DNA from: Chthoniobacteraceae bacterium
Lineage (GTDB): Bacteria > Verrucomicrobiota > Verrucomicrobiia > Chthoniobacterales > Chthoniobacteraceae
Direction of reading: 5' to 3'
Length of the DNA: 64,000 bases
Assembly: GCA_031409655.1 (NCBI GenBank)
Contig: JANNXQ010000012.1
Span: 32,001 to 96,000 of the forward strand
The notes below the pieces were generated by a model. It was not told the origin of the DNA. It searched no databases and saw only the letters and a program-made list of their open reading frames with translations. The first letter of the stretch is position 1. Each line of letters starts with the position of its first letter. This document shows, piece after piece, positions 41,682 to 50,502 of this stretch. Position numbers and translations under genes: made by a program.

Positions 41682-42668
41682 ATGCTTACTGGCATCCTCG
41701 ATAATCTGCTCCTCAACGGTGACTTCCTGCCTGATCTCTGGACCCGTCTGCCCGACCCACGCGCGTCCTTGGAATGCCCCAACTGGAGGCAGACCTTCGC
41801 CGTGGATCGCTGGAAGATCCGCTACGCGATGCCGCATGGCGCGGGCATTCGCCAGGCCATGTCCAGCGATGTGCCGATGCAAGCCGCCGCCGCGCGCAGT
41901 CTCGAACTACGGGGCGCCACAGGCGTCACTCAGCCGGTCTTTCTCGGACAGCGCATTGAGGCTGCGGAGGTTGTTCGTTACCGGCGGCGGATGATCTTTT
42001 CCGCCTGGGTACGAATCGAGCATCCCGACAAAGGCCCTAAAGAAGTGGACCTGACGATCGGTACCGCGCGGGACCCGGATGTCTTTGGTAATCCTTTCAA
42101 TGACAACGTCCGCAACGAAGTCAGCATTCGCTTTGAAGAAGCGCCGGTGGGCCGCTGGTGGCTTATCGAACGAGACATCGACGGTCGCGGCTTTGCCGCG
42201 AATGGGCTCTCGGTGGAACTGGAGTTTCCCGCGGACCTACTGGACACCCCGGATGCCCGCGTGCGGGTCGCGGCCCTGCGGCTCACGGATGCATCCGCGG
42301 CGGGCCGTTCCATGGAGCGGGCCGCTGGCGTCGAACGCCTCCTCGCGCGCCGTTTCTTCCAGCGCCATGATTCCAGCACCGTCAACTCCCTGGGCCGCGC
42401 GCTCGTGGTCAATGCGCACGAGCTGCACTTCCAATTCACCTTCGCCGAGATGCGCGCCTTTCCCGCCGTTACGCTGACGCAAGACGAATCCCAGCTCTGC
42501 GTCTTCAATCTCGAAGGCCTCCCGCAGACGGGCTTTACTTGTGACGTTACTTATCGCTCGTGTGGCTCTGTCATCCTCCGCGCCACCAAGGAAAACCACG
42601 GTTTGCGTGATGGCTTCCTTTCCTTTGTTGGCACCGGCGGCGCGATCCTTCTGGACGCGGAGTTATGA
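41682..42668 (+). CDS. Hypothetical protein resembling a phage tail-fibre C-terminal (carbohydrate-binding-like) domain
   Basis: NLLLNGDF..LW.R, FAVDRW, GQRIE, ERLLARRFFQR, EMRAFPAV, terminal LDAEL. Confidence 0.6.
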   Translation: MLTGILDNLLLNGDFLPDLWTRLPDPRASLECPNWRQTFAVDRWKIRYAMPHGAGIRQAMSSDVPMQAAAARSLELRGATGVTQPVFLGQRIEAAEVVRYRRRMIFSAWVRIEHPDKGPKEVDLTIGTARDPDVFGNPFNDNVRNEVSIRFEEAPVGRWWLIERDIDGRGFAANGLSVELEFPADLLDTPDARVRVAALRLTDASAAGRSMERAAGVERLLARRFFQRHDSSTVNSLGRALVVNAHELHFQFTFAEMRAFPAVTLTQDESQLCVFNLEGLPQTGFTCDVTYRSCGSVILRATKENHGLRDGFLSFVGTGGAILLDAEL

Positions 42669-43468
42669 CGACATTTCGTTTCGCGGAGTTCGGCGTGGAG
42701 CGCATTGAAAAGGGACGATCCACTTTCATCGCCGAAGACTCCCGGCAGCCAGCCTGGCGGGAATTTGAATCCTGGCGCGACGCCGGCAATCAGCCATTGC
42801 CGCTCGCGCGCCGTTCTCCGTTTGCAGTTGCCCGAGATCCCAAGCGTTTGTGGATCATCGGAGCCGGCGGCTTTGGTCGTGAGATTTTCGGAGCCGCACA
42901 ATCGGCCCTCGGACACCGGTCGGAGTGGGAGATCGCCGGGTTCCTGAATGACATCGTTGATTCGCTGGACGCCTTCCCGGAGTTCCCGCGGATCGCGGCC
43001 GGGACCGACTACGAACCAGAGGAAAATGACGTCTTCACTTGCGCGATTGGCGAACTGCCGGGGCGCCGTGATGTCTGCGAAAAATTCCGCGCGCGCGGAG
43101 CAAGGTTTGTCAATCTCATCCAGCCGATGGCCTGCGTCTCTCCGAGCGCGGAGCTGGGGCAGGGGATTATCGTCGAAGCCATGGCGGGCATCGGGGCGAA
43201 TGCGCACATCGGCGATTTTTCGACCGTCCTTAGTCACGCCAATGTCGGACACGATTCAAAGATCGGTGCGTATGTTTCCATCTCGCCGTTTGCCGCAATC
43301 CTCGGTCGCACCGAGATCGGCGAAGGCGTGGTCATCGGCAGCCACGCGGTCGTCTTGCCCGATGTGAAGATCGGTCCCGGTGCCACCGTCGGCGCCGGTA
43401 GTGTGGTGCTGAAGGATGTGCCTGCGGGCGCGACGGTCTTCGGCGTTCCGGCGATGCGGATCAAATGA
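42665..43468 (+). CDS. NeuD/PglD/VioB-like hexapeptide-repeat sugar acyltransferase with an extra ~55-aa N-terminal domain
   Basis: IIGAGGFGRE, IAGFLND, NVGHD, left-handed beta-helix repeats, VGAGSVVLKDV, GVPA; ATGA overlap. Confidence 0.88.
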   Translation: MTTFRFAEFGVERIEKGRSTFIAEDSRQPAWREFESWRDAGNQPLPLARRSPFAVARDPKRLWIIGAGGFGREIFGAAQSALGHRSEWEIAGFLNDIVDSLDAFPEFPRIAAGTDYEPEENDVFTCAIGELPGRRDVCEKFRARGARFVNLIQPMACVSPSAELGQGIIVEAMAGIGANAHIGDFSTVLSHANVGHDSKIGAYVSISPFAAILGRTEIGEGVVIGSHAVVLPDVKIGPGATVGAGSVVLKDVPAGATVFGVPAMRIK

Positions 43469-44727
43469 CCATGGCACCTACAACGGCACTCTTCGATTTG
43501 CCCGCTGCCGCGCTTACCGCGGGCGAGACCGTGGCGCCGCGGCTGTTGGGAATTCTCGGAGGCGAGCCTGCTTTTGCCGAACCGCTCCACGTCGGGCGGC
43601 CAAACATCGGCAACCGCGCGCGCCTCCAGGAGCGCATTGATGCGATGCTGGATGCACGGTGGTTTTCCAATGGCGGTCCGCTGGTCCGCGAATTCGAGGA
43701 CCGCATCGCGAAGTATCTCGGAGTGAAGCACTGCATCGCGACCTGCAATGGGACCACCGCGCTGATGCTCGCGATCCGCGGCCTCGACCTGAATGGGGAA
43801 GTCATCGTCCCGTCGTTCACTTTCATCGCCACCGCGCACGGCCTGCTCTGGCAGCAGACCAAGCCCGTCTTCTGCGACATCGATCCCGCAACGCACAATC
43901 TCGATCCTGTCTCCGTCGAGAAGCTGATCACGCCGTGGACCACCGGCATCATCGGCGTGCATCTGTGGGGTCGTCCGTGCCCGACTACCGCGCTCCAAGC
44001 TCTCGCAAAGAAACACCGACTGAAGCTGCTCTTCGACGCCAGCCATGCCTTCTCCTGCACGAATGACGGCGATTTCATTGGCCGATTCGGCGACGCCGAA
44101 GTCTTTAGCTTTCATGCGACGAAGTTCCTCAACGCCTTTGAAGGTGGCGCCGTGGTCACGCAGAACGATGCACTCGCAGAGAAGCTGCGGCTGATGCGCA
44201 ACTTTGGCTTCACTGGCTACGACAACGTCGAACACATCGGCATGAATGCGAAGATGACCGAGATCTGCGCGGCCATGGGCATCACGGGGCTCGAAAGCAT
44301 CGACGATTTCATCGCCGCCAATTTCCGCAACCACGCCGCCTACCGCAGCGCCCTCGCCGACTTGCCGGGAATCATTGTCGCCGAGTATGCGGAAGGCGAG
44401 AAGAGTAACTACCAATACGTGATCGTCGAAGTGGACCCCGATGAGTGCCCGCTGAATCGCGACGAACTCCTCCGCGTCCTCCACGCCGATCGCGTGCTGG
44501 CCCGCCGTTACTTTCATCCCGGCTGTCACCGCATGGAGCCCTACCGCACCCTTTATCCAGCTTCCGGCCTCGAACTCCCGGAGACCGAACTCCTCTCCGA
44601 GCGCATCCTTGCCCTCCCGACCGGCACCGCGGTGAGTCAGGACGATGTGGAGAGGGTCGGCACAATCATCCGCACCGCCCTCGTCAGCGCGGCAGAAGTG
44701 CGCGCGACCATTGCCCAGATGGGCTAG
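43465..44727 (+). CDS. DegT/DnrJ/EryC1/StrS aminotransferase (VioA/DesI-like NDP-4-keto-6-deoxyhexose aminotransferase)
   Basis: LHVGRPNIG, CNGT, VPSFTFIAT, FDASHA, SFHATKFLNAFEGG, ARRYF, LALPTG. Confidence 0.92.
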   Translation: MTMAPTTALFDLPAAALTAGETVAPRLLGILGGEPAFAEPLHVGRPNIGNRARLQERIDAMLDARWFSNGGPLVREFEDRIAKYLGVKHCIATCNGTTALMLAIRGLDLNGEVIVPSFTFIATAHGLLWQQTKPVFCDIDPATHNLDPVSVEKLITPWTTGIIGVHLWGRPCPTTALQALAKKHRLKLLFDASHAFSCTNDGDFIGRFGDAEVFSFHATKFLNAFEGGAVVTQNDALAEKLRLMRNFGFTGYDNVEHIGMNAKMTEICAAMGITGLESIDDFIAANFRNHAAYRSALADLPGIIVAEYAEGEKSNYQYVIVEVDPDECPLNRDELLRVLHADRVLARRYFHPGCHRMEPYRTLYPASGLELPETELLSERILALPTGTAVSQDDVERVGTIIRTALVSAAEVRATIAQMG

Positions 44728-46992
44728 CTAGAAGGAAAGCGAGAAGCCGACGTAGTAGTTCCGTCCGTAGGCGGGGTCGATGCCGTCGTCGCGGATGCGG
44801 TTGTAGTAGTCTTCATCGAAGAGATTGTTAATCCCGGCCTGCACGCTCACGAAGTCTTTGTAGACCTTGGCTTCGGCGGTGAGATCCCAGGTCATGTAGG
44901 CGGGGACGGAGCGCTCGAGGGTATTCGCGTCGTCGGCAAAGGTGTCGCCGACGAAGGTGCCGAGCAGGGCGACTTTCACGCGATCCTGCCAGCGGTAGAT
45001 CATGCCGGCGCGGACGAGATAGTCGGGGGCGAAGCGCGGGGTGAGGCCGTCGAGCGGGCCGCTCACAAACTCCGCGTCGAGGATCGTGGCATTCGCGTAG
45101 AGGCTCAGCGAACCGAAGCGCTCAGTGAGGGAGCGCTCGACGGGCACGACGGCTTTGTCCTTGCCCATCGGCGCGGTGGTAGGCGTGCCGCGGAGCGCGT
45201 CGGCGAGGCCGATGATATCGAGTTCGACCGCCGCTTCGACGCCGCGATGCTGCGCGCGGCCGACATTCGCCACGGTACTAAAGCCGCCGGGCAACGCGAT
45301 GGTCCCGACCTGATTGTCGAAATCGAGGAGGAAGGCGCTGACATCCCACGAGACCCACGACGCGGGCCGTCCGCGGAAGCCGACTTCGTATTGCCAGGCC
45401 TTGCCGGCTTCGAGGTCGCTTGGCACGAGCACGGTGCCGCCGGTCGGCACGGCTTGGGTGTAAATCTTCGGGCGATAGCTCTGCGCGACGTTGCCGTAGA
45501 TCTCGACGCTCTTCGCGACTTCGTAGGAGATGCCGAGGCCGAAGAGCGGTTCGAATTCTCCATCCTGCTCATCGGCGAGCGGCTGGCCGTCGTTGGTCTT
45601 CGAGACGTTCACGTTCTCCTGCACTTCCTGCCAGAAGTTCTCGAAGCGCACGCCGGGCGTGACCGAGAGCGCGCCCCACTGGAAACGATTTTCCAGGAAG
45701 ACCGGGAGATAGAGCACTTCGCGATCGGCGTCGTACCGCACCACGCCGTCGCGGTCGTTCTTCGATTGCCCGCGGCGCTCCTGCCGTGGCGACTCCGTGC
45801 GATAGACCTGCATCCCGCCGGCGATGGTGTGGGTGCCGCCGAGCCACTGGTAGTCGTGCCGGAGCCGCGCTTCGAGACCGAGGGTGTAGAATTCCTGCTC
45901 CTCGTTCGTCGTCGAATTCGCATCCGGGCCTGTTGGCACGGTGCCAAAGCCGCCGCCGCGCTGCCGCGAACTCCACCGCGAATAATAGCCGCCCCACGCG
46001 GTCGCGGTCAGCTTGGTCTCCGGCGAAAAATCCCGCTCCCAGGCGAGCGAGGCAAAGTACCGCTTCAGCTCGAAACGATCGTAGAGCCGCGAGGCGGCAT
46101 CGCGATTCGCGTCGTAGTTCACCGCATTCGGGCCGGTGGCAAAGGTCAGGCCGCCGGGTTCGCCGTGTTCTTCCTCGTAACCTTCGAGGCTCAGGATCCA
46201 GCGACTGTCGGTGTTGCCATCAAGCACGAGCTTAATGTTCGCGGCGTTGAGCTCAAAGTCGCTGTTCGTCGTGCGGAAGCCATCGCCCTGGCGGCGATTG
46301 TAATAGGCGTAGTAACCGAGACGGCCCGAGGTGCCGTCGAGGTAGGTGAAGTTCGAGTAATAGTTGTCGCTGCCGAAGGTGTTCGTCGTGCCGAAAGAAA
46401 ACGGGCGATCGAGCCGCGGGCGATGGGTCACGTAGTTCAGCGCGCCGCCGGGCTGCGGACCAAACTGGAGCGCCGCGCCGCCGCGAAGGAACTCGATGCG
46501 ATCCACGGTGTCGAGCGGCGGCGTGTAATAGGCCTCGGGGTAGCCAAATTGATCCGCGTGAATCGGCACGCCGTCCTTGAGCATCTGCGTGAATTGCACG
46601 CGATGCGGATCGAGGCCGCGATAGCCGATGCTGACGAGCGGCGTGGTCTCTTCGCTGAGGTAAAGTCCGGGCGTGAGCGCGAGCGCCTGGCGGTAGTTGT
46701 TGTTGGTGATCCGCGGGAAGGCATCGAGGTCGATCAGCGAACTCTTTTTGCCCGAATTGATCCGCGTGCCTTCGACCGCCGGGAGGAAGGGCCCCTGCAC
46801 GAGAGCATCGGCCTCGGCCTCGACGACGACTTCGGAGAGAGTTGCGCTGGGGGTCGATTCCTGCGCCTCGCCCGACATGGCAAGCAAGCCACCGATCAGA
46901 GCAGGAGCCCAAGTGGCAACCGTCTTGGCAAAAAGTGGTGGACGCGGGAGAAGGAGAGACGGGGGCAGAGAGCGGCGGGCAGATGCATTCAT
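44728..46992 (-). CDS. TonB-dependent receptor (FecA-like)
   Basis: Signal peptide, LSEVVV TonB box, plug (RIEFLRGGAALQFG), INNLFDEDY, C-terminal Phe. Confidence 0.92.
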   Translation of the reverse strand: MNASARRSLPPSLLLPRPPLFAKTVATWAPALIGGLLAMSGEAQESTPSATLSEVVVEAEADALVQGPFLPAVEGTRINSGKKSSLIDLDAFPRITNNNYRQALALTPGLYLSEETTPLVSIGYRGLDPHRVQFTQMLKDGVPIHADQFGYPEAYYTPPLDTVDRIEFLRGGAALQFGPQPGGALNYVTHRPRLDRPFSFGTTNTFGSDNYYSNFTYLDGTSGRLGYYAYYNRRQGDGFRTTNSDFELNAANIKLVLDGNTDSRWILSLEGYEEEHGEPGGLTFATGPNAVNYDANRDAASRLYDRFELKRYFASLAWERDFSPETKLTATAWGGYYSRWSSRQRGGGFGTVPTGPDANSTTNEEQEFYTLGLEARLRHDYQWLGGTHTIAGGMQVYRTESPRQERRGQSKNDRDGVVRYDADREVLYLPVFLENRFQWGALSVTPGVRFENFWQEVQENVNVSKTNDGQPLADEQDGEFEPLFGLGISYEVAKSVEIYGNVAQSYRPKIYTQAVPTGGTVLVPSDLEAGKAWQYEVGFRGRPASWVSWDVSAFLLDFDNQVGTIALPGGFSTVANVGRAQHRGVEAAVELDIIGLADALRGTPTTAPMGKDKAVVPVERSLTERFGSLSLYANATILDAEFVSGPLDGLTPRFAPDYLVRAGMIYRWQDRVKVALLGTFVGDTFADDANTLERSVPAYMTWDLTAEAKVYKDFVSVQAGINNLFDEDYYNRIRDDGIDPAYGRNYYVGFSLSF

Positions 46993-46998
46993 GGCGGG

Positions 46999-47029
46999 CA
47001 GGTTTATTGCGACTGATTCTCATGTGCAA
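46999..47029 (-). promoter_or_regulatory. Fur-box-like operator within a sigma70-like promoter
   Basis: Minus strand TTGCAC-(17 bp: ATGAGAATCAGTCGCAA)-TAAACC; 7-1-7 TGAGAAT-C-AGTCGCA at 47008-47022. Confidence 0.6.
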
Positions 47030-47331
47030 TAAGTATCCGCGGAATTCTTCGCTCTTTGGAAGCTGGGCGGGACGGCGGAAATCTCGGGCATTCATCCGCA
47101 CTCAGGGTGGTGGCCGTGGTCGGCGATCGCGGGTGCGGTAGCCTGTGGCGAGCGCGGGTGTCGTCTGGGGAAGTTGGAGGCGGTGCGTCCGCTGCTCGGT
47201 CCGAGCGGCTTCTCCATCGGCGGTGATTGCGGCGCGTCGCGGCGAGCGCGGGATCGCTTGCGGGGTTGACCTCGCGCGCGGCAGCAGGATACTGCGCGGC
47301 CCTTTTCCACTCACCAAAAGCCAACTCCTCG

Positions 47332-48405
47332 ATGCCCGCCAAGCTCTACATTCCCGGTCCGATCCAAGTCTCTGAAAAAACCTTCCGTGCTTTTTGCCAG
47401 CCGATGATCGGGCATCGCAGTGGGGATTTTAAGAAGCTCTATGCGTCGATTCATCCGCGGTTGCAGGAGCTGTATGGGACGAAGCAGCCAGTGTTTCTTT
47501 CGACCTCGAGTGCCTGGGGGGTGATGGAGGGGGCGATCCGGAATCTCGTAGGTTCGGGCAAGGTCTTGAACTGCATGAAAGGGGCGTTTTCGGACAAGTG
47601 GTTCGATGTCGCGAAGAAGTGCGGGCGCGAAGCGGTGGCGCTCCAGGCGGAGTGGGGGCAGCCGATCCGGCCGGAGGCGCTGGATGCGGCTTTGAGCGCG
47701 GGTGGGTTTGATGCAGTGACGATCATTCACAATGAAACTTCGACGGGCGTGATGTCGGATATCGCGGGGCTCGCGGCGGTGCTGCGGAAATATCCCGAGG
47801 TGTGCTCGATCGTGGACAGCGTCTCGTCGTTTTCGGTGCTGCCGATCCCGATGGATGAGCTCGGGCTCGATGTACTGCTGACGGGTTCGCAGAAAGCGCT
47901 GGCGATGCCGCCCGGGCTCGCGCTTTTTTCGGCGAGTGAGAAGGCCTTTGCGCGGGCCGAGAAGGTGCAGGGCCGCGGTTACTATTTTGACTTCCTCGAA
48001 TTCAAAAAGAATCAGGCCGATGACATGACCCCATCGACGCCGTCGATCTCGCACATCTACGCGCTGCAATCGAAGCTCGACGACATCTTCGCCGAAGGCG
48101 TGGCCGCACGGCACGCGCGGCACACGGAACTCAATGACATGATCCACGATTGGGTGCGCCGGCATGGGTTCGAGTTTTTCGCGCCGCAGGGCTATCGGTC
48201 AAAGTCGCTGACCTGTGTGGCGAATAACAAGGGCATCGATGTGGCGGCCTTCGTCGCGAAGCTGAAAGCGGCGCACGGCATCATCATCGATGGCGGCTAC
48301 GGAAAGCTGAAAGGCGCGACCTTCCGCATCTCAAACATGGGCGACGAAACCCGCGCGACGATGACGGAGCTGATCGCGGCGCTGGACGATTCGCTGCCGG
48401 GCTGA
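47332..48405 (+). CDS. Class V aminotransferase (alanine-glyoxylate / serine-pyruvate family)
   Basis: IPGP, IGHRS, HNETSTG, VDSVSS, GSQKALAMPPG, FRISNMG. Confidence 0.9.
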   Translation: MPAKLYIPGPIQVSEKTFRAFCQPMIGHRSGDFKKLYASIHPRLQELYGTKQPVFLSTSSAWGVMEGAIRNLVGSGKVLNCMKGAFSDKWFDVAKKCGREAVALQAEWGQPIRPEALDAALSAGGFDAVTIIHNETSTGVMSDIAGLAAVLRKYPEVCSIVDSVSSFSVLPIPMDELGLDVLLTGSQKALAMPPGLALFSASEKAFARAEKVQGRGYYFDFLEFKKNQADDMTPSTPSISHIYALQSKLDDIFAEGVAARHARHTELNDMIHDWVRRHGFEFFAPQGYRSKSLTCVANNKGIDVAAFVAKLKAAHGIIIDGGYGKLKGATFRISNMGDETRATMTELIAALDDSLPG

Positions 48406-48427
48406 GCGGGACAGAGCGGTGGACTAA

Positions 48428-48443
48428 GGGCACGAGGGGTGCG
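48428..48443 (+). promoter_or_regulatory. Sigma54-like -24/-12 promoter
   Basis: GGGCACGAGGGGTGCG: GG(48429-30)-N10-GC(48441-42), 28 nt before ATG 48471. Confidence 0.5.
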
Positions 48444-48470
48444 TAAGTCGGCTCGTTCACGGAACCCATT

Positions 48471-49514
48471 ATGAGCCGCAAGACTATCGTCATCCTTTCA
48501 TTGCTGGTGCTCGCGGTCGCGGGGCTCTTTTTTGTCGGGCCCGTGGAGAGGGTGCTGAATGATCCCGCGCCATCACCCGAGGCCATGGCCGGGACGGAAG
48601 TGATCGATAAACCGCTGACCGTGCCGCTGCCGGAGCCAGTGCCCGAAATCGAGCCAGTGCCGCTTTCGACCCCCCTCAGCAAACGACTCGTGATCCGGGA
48701 GTCGGTGGATGTGCCGGTGCCGGAAGGCTCGGTGCGGCTGCTGCGCGGCATGGCGGTGTCGCTCGCGAAGGATGGCGGCGAAAAGGTGGACGTGAAATTT
48801 GGCAATGTCCGCAAGCCCACTCAGGTGACGGTGCCGCGGGGTGCGTTGGCGAATCGCGAGCAGCAGAGTGAGCCATCGACCTTCGGGCCGGTCGTCGCCC
48901 TGCAGAAGACGGTGAACAATATCTTCCAGGCGCCAGCCGGGAGCCTGGCGGTCGAGGCAAAGGAGATCGGGACGGGGCGCGGCGTCGCGCGCAGTTATGG
49001 CGTCGGATCGGAGTGGGATCGCACGGACAAGGAAACCTTCCGGACGAAAGGGCTCGCGGTGACGTTTCGGAATCTGAGCCGGCGGCCGACGGGGGATTGC
49101 GAGATCGTCGTCTGCTGGGTGGGCCGACGGCTCGCCGATGATACGCGCCACATCAGCCACGCGGAGACCTTCCGGGTGAATCTCGCGCCGCTCTCCGAGC
49201 ATCAGGCCACGAGTTGGTGCCCGCTGCTCGATGGGCGGCAGACGAAGTACTCGACGACCGGCGCGACGTTCCTTTCGGGGAGCAAGTTTGACGGTTGGTT
49301 TGCGATCGTGAAGCGGGACAGCCAGGTGCTCGTGGGGCGCGGCGGCACGGACGCTTACGCTACGATCCTCCGCGACCCCGCGCAGCTCGATCTGCTGCTC
49401 GCGAGCTGGGGTGGATCGACGCAGGGAGCGACCAGTTCGATGCCGAAGTGGCGGGACGAGCGTCCCGGTGCGAGCGCGATCCCGAGGCCGCGCACACCAC
49501 CGACGACTTACTGA
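48471..49514 (+). CDS. Membrane-anchored hypothetical protein
   Basis: N-terminal TM/signal, Pro-rich linker, beta-rich C-terminal region. Confidence 0.75.
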   Translation: MSRKTIVILSLLVLAVAGLFFVGPVERVLNDPAPSPEAMAGTEVIDKPLTVPLPEPVPEIEPVPLSTPLSKRLVIRESVDVPVPEGSVRLLRGMAVSLAKDGGEKVDVKFGNVRKPTQVTVPRGALANREQQSEPSTFGPVVALQKTVNNIFQAPAGSLAVEAKEIGTGRGVARSYGVGSEWDRTDKETFRTKGLAVTFRNLSRRPTGDCEIVVCWVGRRLADDTRHISHAETFRVNLAPLSEHQATSWCPLLDGRQTKYSTTGATFLSGSKFDGWFAIVKRDSQVLVGRGGTDAYATILRDPAQLDLLLASWGGSTQGATSSMPKWRDERPGASAIPRPRTPPTTY

Positions 49515-49611
49515 AGTCGGAGCCAGCGCTGGACGGCTGCCCCGTCCACCTTTCGCTATTCGAGACGCACAAAGGCTTTTCAGAAAGCACTGTTCCGGGT
49601 TGCATCACGCC

Positions 49612-50487
49612 ATGCCAAATCCCTGGACCGGAAAAGGAAACCCCTACACTCGACAAGAAGTCTGCGATCGCCTGCGGGCTGCGCTGGAGCGTGGCGAACC
49701 CATCATCGCTGCCGGCGCGGGCACGGGGATCAGCGCGAAATTCATCGAGAAGGGCGGCGCGGACCTCATCATCATTTACAATTCCGGACGCTTCCGCATG
49801 GCGGGTCACGGCTCCACCTGCGGGCTCATGGCTTACGGCGATGCGAATCAGGTGGCCATGGACATCGGGGAATATGAAGTCCTGCCGATCGTCGAAGAGA
49901 TCCCGGTGATCTGCGGCGTGCATGCCACAGACCCGCGCCGCCGGATGTGGCACTGGCTCGGGCGGGTGAAAGAGATGGGTTTCTCCGGGGTGAATAATTT
50001 TCCCACGCACACGATCGTCGATGGCCAATTCCGGCGGGTGCTCGAAGAGACCGGGATGGGTGTGCAGAAGGAGTTTGAAATGGTGGCGCTGGCGCATCGC
50101 ATGGATCTCTTCACCATCGTCTATGTGGCCACGCCGGAGGAGGCGAAGGCCATGGCCGAGGCGGGTGCGGATGCGATCATCGCGCATGTCGGGACGACGG
50201 TCGGCGGGTCGATCGGCGTGACCGGCGCGGTCGTGCCGATGGATGACGCGGTGCGGCGGACGCAGGCGATCATCGAAGCCGCACGGACGGTGCGGAAGGA
50301 CATCTTCTTCCTGAGCCACGGTGGGCCGATCGCCACGCCGGAAGACGCGACGTATGTGAACGAACACACGGACTGCGTGGGCTTCGTCGGCGCGAGTTCG
50401 CTGGAGCGGCTGGGCGTCGAAGCATCGCTCACAGCGTTGACGCGGGAGTTTAAGAAAATCCCGGCCCCCGCGGCGAAGCGCGGCTGA
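49612..50487 (+). CDS. Phosphoenolpyruvate hydrolase-like TIM-barrel protein
   Basis: GAGTGISAKF..GGADLIIIYNSGRFRMAG, GVNNFPT, HGGPI, GFVGASSLER. Confidence 0.88.
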   Translation: MPNPWTGKGNPYTRQEVCDRLRAALERGEPIIAAGAGTGISAKFIEKGGADLIIIYNSGRFRMAGHGSTCGLMAYGDANQVAMDIGEYEVLPIVEEIPVICGVHATDPRRRMWHWLGRVKEMGFSGVNNFPTHTIVDGQFRRVLEETGMGVQKEFEMVALAHRMDLFTIVYVATPEEAKAMAEAGADAIIAHVGTTVGGSIGVTGAVVPMDDAVRRTQAIIEAARTVRKDIFFLSHGGPIATPEDATYVNEHTDCVGFVGASSLERLGVEASLTALTREFKKIPAPAAKRG

Positions 50488-50502
50488 GGGCGGTCCGGGG
50501 AG

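Noticed and set aside
41682..43468. Intact prophage or tailocin
   Set aside because: No integrase, capsid, baseplate, sheath or lysis genes; the flanks are biosynthetic enzymes
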